Shown here: piece after piece, positions 60,101 to 64,000 of the stretch
How positions within the stretch are numbered: position 1 is the first letter of the stretch
How the letters are laid out: each line of letters starts with the position of its first letter
Assembly (NCBI GenBank): GCA_964501945.1
Contig: CAZCTY010000002.1
Location: 2,541 to 66,540, forward strand
DNA: 64,000 nucleotides
DNA from: an uncultured Methanosarcinales archaeon
Lineage (GTDB): Archaea; Nanobdellota; Nanobdellia; Woesearchaeales; 21-14-0-10-32-9
Direction: 5' to 3'
Translations under genes and position numbers: made by a program
Notes under the pieces: model-generated
What the model was told of the DNA's origin: nothing
Databases searched by the model: none
The model's input: the letters and a program-made list of their open reading frames with translations, nothing else

Positions 60101-61199
60101 TAAGAGAGTCAGCTTGCTGATTAACATTACCAACAGACCAAAAATCAGGAACCTCATCAGATTGAACTTCAACAATGTCAACAGAAACAGAGGAGTGAAC
60201 CTCATTACCAGCAAGATCTGAGAAAATAACAGGAATTTCATAAACTCCCTTCTCAGAGACAAAAGAGGTAACATCAATAGAACAAACAAAAACACCATCC
60301 CTATCAACACATTCACGAGAAAGATTAGCAGAGTTCACAGGATCACCAATGACCTTCATTTCAACAACAGGACTAACATCCTCAGATACATTAGCCCTAA
60401 TAGTAAAAGAATCAGAAACCCTCGTAATACCTAAATCAGAAGACTCATCAACACCAATAAACTCAACTACAGGAGGAGAAGAATCACAAATAAATTCACC
60501 AACCTCAGACGGAGAAACACGCATACCCGCATCATCCCAACTACGCTGATTATCAATACGCGCAGTAATACTGCTACCATCAGCACAAGAAAAAGAAGCT
60601 GAAGTAAAACCCCTACAAGTAAAATCCTCACAATCACTAAGTAAAGCAGTACTCTGACCGATACGCGCCCTCACATTACCTCTACTAAAACCAACATCAG
60701 AGTTTTCTAATACAACAGATAAGTTGTTAATACCAGAAGATACATAACAAGTACCATCATGACACTGATTAGACGTAAAAGACGAGACACGAGGAGTAGA
60801 AGTTGCAAGTTGCAAAGAAACATTTTCTTGCACGATGACACCTTGCCTGCTAAAATAGAATTCAAATACACCATCCCCATCGTTTTTTAATAAACGCAAG
60901 TTATTAATCCTACAATTAAATACACCATTTTCCTCGACGCAGTTAGGCGCAATACTATTGTAATTAGCAATATTTGAATCATAACCAAAAGCCTCATTTA
61001 CACCAGAAGCATCAACGACTAAGTTAGAAGCATTAGCTGAAAATTCTAAGTGAACAATAATAAGATTACCCCTAGAATAATGAGTAACCTCACTACCCGC
61101 AGCAGTGAATGAAAGATCACTAATTTCTAAGGAGAGCGCAGGCGATGAGAGTAATAATAAGAAAGACAAAAAAAACAATGAATATACTATAAATTTCAA
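57147..61199 (-). CDS. 1350-aa secreted, Cys-rich, acidic giant protein of unknown family
   Basis: TTG start with GGTG 6 nt upstream. Sec-type signal MKFIVYSLFFLSFLLLLSSPALS/LE. The N-terminal half is beta-rich with paired Cys, followed by a central Cys-rich helical block, acidic 44-aa repeats and a beta-rich C-terminus. No TM anchor. Confidence 0.6.
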   Translation of the reverse strand: MKFIVYSLFFLSFLLLLSSPALSLEISDLSFTAAGSEVTHYSRGNLIIVHLEFSANASNLVVDASGVNEAFGYDSNIANYNSIAPNCVEENGVFNCRINNLRLLKNDGDGVFEFYFSRQGVIVQENVSLQLATSTPRVSSFTSNQCHDGTCYVSSGINNLSVVLENSDVGFSRGNVRARIGQSTALLSDCEDFTCRGFTSASFSCADGSSITARIDNQRSWDDAGMRVSPSEVGEFICDSSPPVVEFIGVDESSDLGITRVSDSFTIRANVSEDVSPVVEMKVIGDPVNSANLSRECVDRDGVFVCSIDVTSFVSEKGVYEIPVIFSDLAGNEVHSSVSVDIVEVQSDEVPDFWSVGNVNQQADSLTIRNLAYSRDIFLEVELIGDADLVSVDISNFRCLPVVENETGRRGDVSNLRLLDVNKESNVAYLRLTLRGAGLTIRDDHRYADYDTLEFNCGLDLRSVDLGYFYAIPEQKNFTVKFDLEEGYTLDEKIYETIDAVNERVERTDRRLDGLEQSLNMIQGLCRATHSADTARGALGATQAAAEASVVGAPLGQTLQPVTAGLDETYGTLAELGVPVCEAIACESSWVDSFYSDTIGLGDLRETLRVDDIASNLSMSSRELFNPYKSEYVAVATMCLPAFVYHRRVAQGIECNYALCLNEGVSTMGLSVEHCERNRGYDHCIRTAGNVLYALPFTNMFTNAAQDVQNMIRDPAALLGGAIPYACRLLSTGSASAHGACVVAQTAMSLPVQYQRIRSTVDQLMMGFGMSDDVKDRCSPALTGAIGMIQRNWEMDAQREGFGYGRETFLDEYEPTEMPLGDGGDRAMCTGNTCYIYDGDDQLIGRTIMTSEDTVDIGRQLLVYGPEGNQMGYVLDSRYDSLTDLAGERREILDQFYIDTSMRMGAIRDELENTDWEGVDGVRKEALQNAFDDLDALDSYDPVYIGVLSAIQYELEETDWEALDSGTRERLENELDELNNFLDEAEANLGSMPDEMGFLGLLADNNAEDIMKEYINEYYAAYYAENEVAYDYAVRAAEIRWEKARRLTNEQNRRDELQPVFDVLDNYAGRRDSLNDLDWNIISRETGYSEEFIRELLDDNNIDDIDDLNRRQLRRAMNDEITEGSRSWFGEAMDGIKIAFNEYMAEQAERYESMSSFGRMREGALGLSIAADIVGIDNREWRDDTAMGQLAMSLDYVTEPERAFCDDSFNEPVAPPAGASGSITTRAGGGTRPGAFIAARRTSSPDELGFYDYWIQGGVEAQLEGLRFRLVAYDSSGREHDYTNNVAGDDILISGANTRVSFGGFSNPSDFSSERVYEKFCIEFETNRLSDYFHAVSVRDNRLCQRVGVE

Positions 61200-61292
61200 C
61201 GCTCACACCTTTTTTATAACTAGTTGTGTTTTTATTTAAATATTTTTCTAATAAATATAGACTAAAAACTGATAAATGAAAAAACAAAAAAA

Positions 61293-62321
61293 TTACTTAT
61301 TAATCGATAAAACTTCTCTATTGAAAAACTTAATTACTAATACACAAAGAGCAACAGCAATAGGCCCAATTATCAAACCAATAACACCAAATAGTTTTAT
61401 ACCACCAAAAATAGATAATAAAACAAGAATAGGATGCATACCCGACCTCTTACCAATAATCCTTGGACGCAAGATATTCTCAATTGAAAACATTACAATA
61501 GAACCAAACAATAATAACCCAATACCACCCCAAAGAGAACCATACATTATCTCAAGGATACCTGCAGGAGCCCAAACAGCAGGCGTTCCAAGAATAGGAA
61601 TAAACGCCAAAATAGCCATTATAAAACCCCAAAAAACAGGATTACTCAAACCAAAAGCAAAGAAAGCAAGACCCCCAAGAATACCTTGAAGAATAGCAAT
61701 TAAAAGCTGACCATACATGACACCATAGAGAATTTTTTTAGATTCAACACTGATTTGATCTTTATGACTTTTAGATAAAGGAACAAGATCCATAATACTC
61801 ATCAAAATATGATCCCCATCTTTGAAAATATAATACAATAAAAACAACATAACAAACAAACCAATAAGCACATCAGCCAGAGAACCAATCACTTCAATAA
61901 TGGATGCAGATAAAGCCTCATTTAAATTATCCATTAAAACAAGCGCAATTTCCCTTGTAGAAACCTCAAAGCCAAGAGTATTTTCAACAAATAAATCAAC
62001 ATCAGCAAAGTCATACCCCGCAAGAGACCTATACGTAGAAGTCGCCTCTTTTACAAGACTATTAACAAAGAAAAAAGAACCCGCAATAATTAAAATAAAA
62101 ATAAGAAAAACAAGCATTAACGATGAACGCTTAGCACTAATACCCCTGCGTTGCAAGTACTTGTTTAAAGGAAAAAAGAAAATACCAAAAACACCACCCA
62201 TAATTAAAGCATAAAGAAAAGGCCTAAAAATAATAATTAATGAAACAATAGATAAAATATAGAGCAATAAGAATATGTAAAAAACATTTTTATTACCCTC
62301 ACCTTTTCTTTTATTACTCAA
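61293..62321 (-). CDS. AI-2E family (PerM/TqsA, UPF0118) transporter
   Basis: Polytopic protein with YGVMYGQLLIAILQGILGGLAFFAFGLSNPVFWGFIMAILAFIPILGTPAVWAP. Confidence 0.8.
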   Translation of the reverse strand: MSNKRKGEGNKNVFYIFLLLYILSIVSLIIIFRPFLYALIMGGVFGIFFFPLNKYLQRRGISAKRSSLMLVFLIFILIIAGSFFFVNSLVKEATSTYRSLAGYDFADVDLFVENTLGFEVSTREIALVLMDNLNEALSASIIEVIGSLADVLIGLFVMLFLLYYIFKDGDHILMSIMDLVPLSKSHKDQISVESKKILYGVMYGQLLIAILQGILGGLAFFAFGLSNPVFWGFIMAILAFIPILGTPAVWAPAGILEIMYGSLWGGIGLLLFGSIVMFSIENILRPRIIGKRSGMHPILVLLSIFGGIKLFGVIGLIIGPIAVALCVLVIKFFNREVLSINK

Positions 62322-62396
62322 AAAATATCACCTGCAGATAAAAAATAAAACAAAGTAGTATATAAATTTGTTGTAAATTTTATGAAAAAAAAGCTG

Positions 62397-63635
62397 TTAA
62401 AACTTTTTTATAATAACCGATTTAACAGTGTCATGCTCGCTTTCTTTAATCGTGATTAAGACTTTTTGACTATTAATAGAGTATGATTTGTTAACATCAA
62501 CACTATCAAGACGCTCAGCTAAGAACTTAGATATAGGCTTGAACTCATTAGTAATAGGCAGTGAAACATTGAGCTTTTTATTAATCGTCCTGATAAAAGT
62601 TTTACCCTTAACAAGCCACTCACCATTACCCAAGGATTTGATTAAAGAACTAACACGATCTTCCTCATCATATATATCACCCACTAACTCCTCCAAGATA
62701 TCCTCAACTGTAACTAAACCAATAACTTTTTTTCTAGCACCTAAAACAATAGCTAAATGATTATTCCTCTGCTGAAGCTCAGTTAAAATCTCATCAATTT
62801 TTTTATGCTTATTTACAAAGTAAACAGGACTCATAATAGATTTGAGCTTAACATCATTATTACCCTTATAGATTTCACCCATAACATCATGAATGGTTAA
62901 CATACCCCGAATTTTTTCCCTACTAGATGCATGAATCGGAATCCTAGTAAAACCATGCTCAATTATTAGAGGCGTAGCCTGCTCAACAGACAAGTTCCAA
63001 TCAAGCGAGAAAATACTACTCGCAGGAGTCATAATCTTGTGAACAGAAACATCATCCAATTTGAAAGCCTGTGTGATTATATTTTTCTCATTTTTTTTAA
63101 TCTCGCCCTCCTTCGCGCCAACATGAACCAAGTATTTAATCTCGCCCTCAGTTACAAGAGGATCAGGATTCTTATTACCAGATAAGTTATTGACAAGAAT
63201 GCTCAAATAACTAAAAGCTTTAACAAAAGGATAAAATAAATAATACAAAAATACGAGGATAGGCGAGATTGCAAGAGCAATTGTTTTAGAATTGTTTACA
63301 ACAAAAGTTTTTGGAATTATCTCACCAAAAGTTAAAATTACAAGAGTCATAACACCAGTGATTAAACTAATACTAGTATTTTGAAAGAAATCAAAGGAAA
63401 TTTTAGTTGCAAGAGCAGAACTTGCAACGTTAGTAATATTATTACCAATAAGAATAGTTATCAGAGAATCGTTAGGATTATTTTTGAGCTTTAATAAAGC
63501 ATGAGAGTTCCTAACATTTTTTTGAGCGAGCTGCTCAGCTTTTAATTTAGATGTGCCAACTATTGCAACCTCAGAGCCACTGAAAAAAGCAGATAGCGCA
63601 ATCGTTATTATTATTAAAATAAATTCTCCCTGCAT
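62397..63635 (-). CDS. CNNM/CorC/HlyC-family transporter (DUF21, CBS pair, CorC_HlyC)
   Basis: N-terminus IIITIALSAFFSGSEVAIV (DUF21), then GEIIPK, a CBS pair (IMTPASSIFSL.., GLVTVEDILEELVGDIYDE) and a C-terminal transporter-associated domain. Confidence 0.8.
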   Translation of the reverse strand: MQGEFILIIITIALSAFFSGSEVAIVGTSKLKAEQLAQKNVRNSHALLKLKNNPNDSLITILIGNNITNVASSALATKISFDFFQNTSISLITGVMTLVILTFGEIIPKTFVVNNSKTIALAISPILVFLYYLFYPFVKAFSYLSILVNNLSGNKNPDPLVTEGEIKYLVHVGAKEGEIKKNEKNIITQAFKLDDVSVHKIMTPASSIFSLDWNLSVEQATPLIIEHGFTRIPIHASSREKIRGMLTIHDVMGEIYKGNNDVKLKSIMSPVYFVNKHKKIDEILTELQQRNNHLAIVLGARKKVIGLVTVEDILEELVGDIYDEEDRVSSLIKSLGNGEWLVKGKTFIRTINKKLNVSLPITNEFKPISKFLAERLDSVDVNKSYSINSQKVLITIKESEHDTVKSVIIKKF

Positions 63636-63775
63636 TTGAATACTCTAAAAGAGATAGATGAATAAGATTATATAAATAATTTTCTAAAAAAAAGACGAAA
63701 AAAATAACAATATAAAAAATAATTTATAGAAAAAGGGTAAAACTATTTAAATGAGTTATGATATGATTTTTTTGT

Positions 63776-64000
63776 ATGGCAAAAACTATTTCACGAGACA
63801 CACCACTCGCAGAAGTTACACTTAGAAAGTATGAGAAACCAAGCAGCCTTGAGGGAAGAGAACTTGTACGCAAGTTTTGCTTGAGCATAGGATTACTACA
63901 ACCAGGAGATTCACGAGACGTAGTAGTTGATGTCCTGCACGTTTTTTTAAAAAATAAAGGAAAAGAACTAAGCTCTGTTGAAGTTGAGAAATTAGTAATC
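63776..64000 (+). CDS. conserved archaeal winged-helix-like protein, 3' end cut by window edge
   Basis: An open frame runs from ATG 63776 to the window end: MAKTISRDTPLAEVTLRKYEKPSSLEGRELVRKFCLSIGLLQPGDSRDVVVDVLHVFL. It is absent from the ORF track because no stop is reached. Confidence 0.4.
   Translation, partial: MAKTISRDTPLAEVTLRKYEKPSSLEGRELVRKFCLSIGLLQPGDSRDVVVDVLHVFLKNKGKELSSVEVEKLVI

Noticed and set aside
54943-61199. Interpreting the GC-rich giant-gene block as a clear horizontally transferred island
   Set aside because: The same acidic, Lys-poor, GC-richer signature appears in the other secreted proteins of the window (C1 peptidase and the 496-aa surface protein). Composition alone therefore cannot prove foreign origin. 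I kept it as an open question rather than a claim.
61276-61689. 137-aa plus-strand ORF
   Set aside because: It is antisense to the AI-2E transporter gene. Its Pro/Ile/Lys-rich low-complexity product is typical of the reverse frame of a membrane protein.

Overview
This window is a low-GC archaeal chromosome segment. Hand counts of single 60-nt lines give about 32-37% G+C in housekeeping genes. The archaeal call rests on several direct observations: a split RNA polymerase (H-B''-B'-A'-A'' followed by L30e-NusA-S12), RpoK and RpoL, aIF5B, the Pop5/proteasome-alpha/SBDS/Rrp4-Rrp41-Rrp42 exosome superoperon, archaeal-type CCA enzyme and Cmk, and an intron-containing tRNA-Tyr with a C1:G72 pair. 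The very AT-rich, Lys/Asn/Ile-rich proteome, tight gene packing and many bacterial-looking accessory genes suggest a small-genome DPANN-type archaeon; this is inference only. About 50 of roughly 62 genes lie on the minus strand. I found no rRNA, CRISPR array, transposase, integrase or reverse transcriptase. Bacterial-type genes include LctP permease, Pta-AckA, NrdR (with recognisable NrdR boxes) ahead of a class II RNR, an HPF/RaiA-like protein, a UvrD helicase flanked by RecQ-type RQC and HRDC domains, an M23 peptidase and an SLT lytic transglycosylase. The most interesting region is 52.2-61.2 kb. It holds an SLT-domain protein, two paralogous unknown proteins and, on the opposite strand, a translationally coupled operon of two giant proteins of 1350 and 733 aa. 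Both giant proteins are acidic, Lys-poor and GC-enriched, and the second carries an archaeal class III (type IV pilin-like) signal peptide. I could not assign this region to any described family, and I propose it as a candidate cell-surface or host-interaction system. A second candidate is a HerA-family ATPase with a wHTH tail and no NurA, located next to a bitopic surface protein at 44.0-47.6 kb. All functional calls come from motif recognition by eye; no database search was run.
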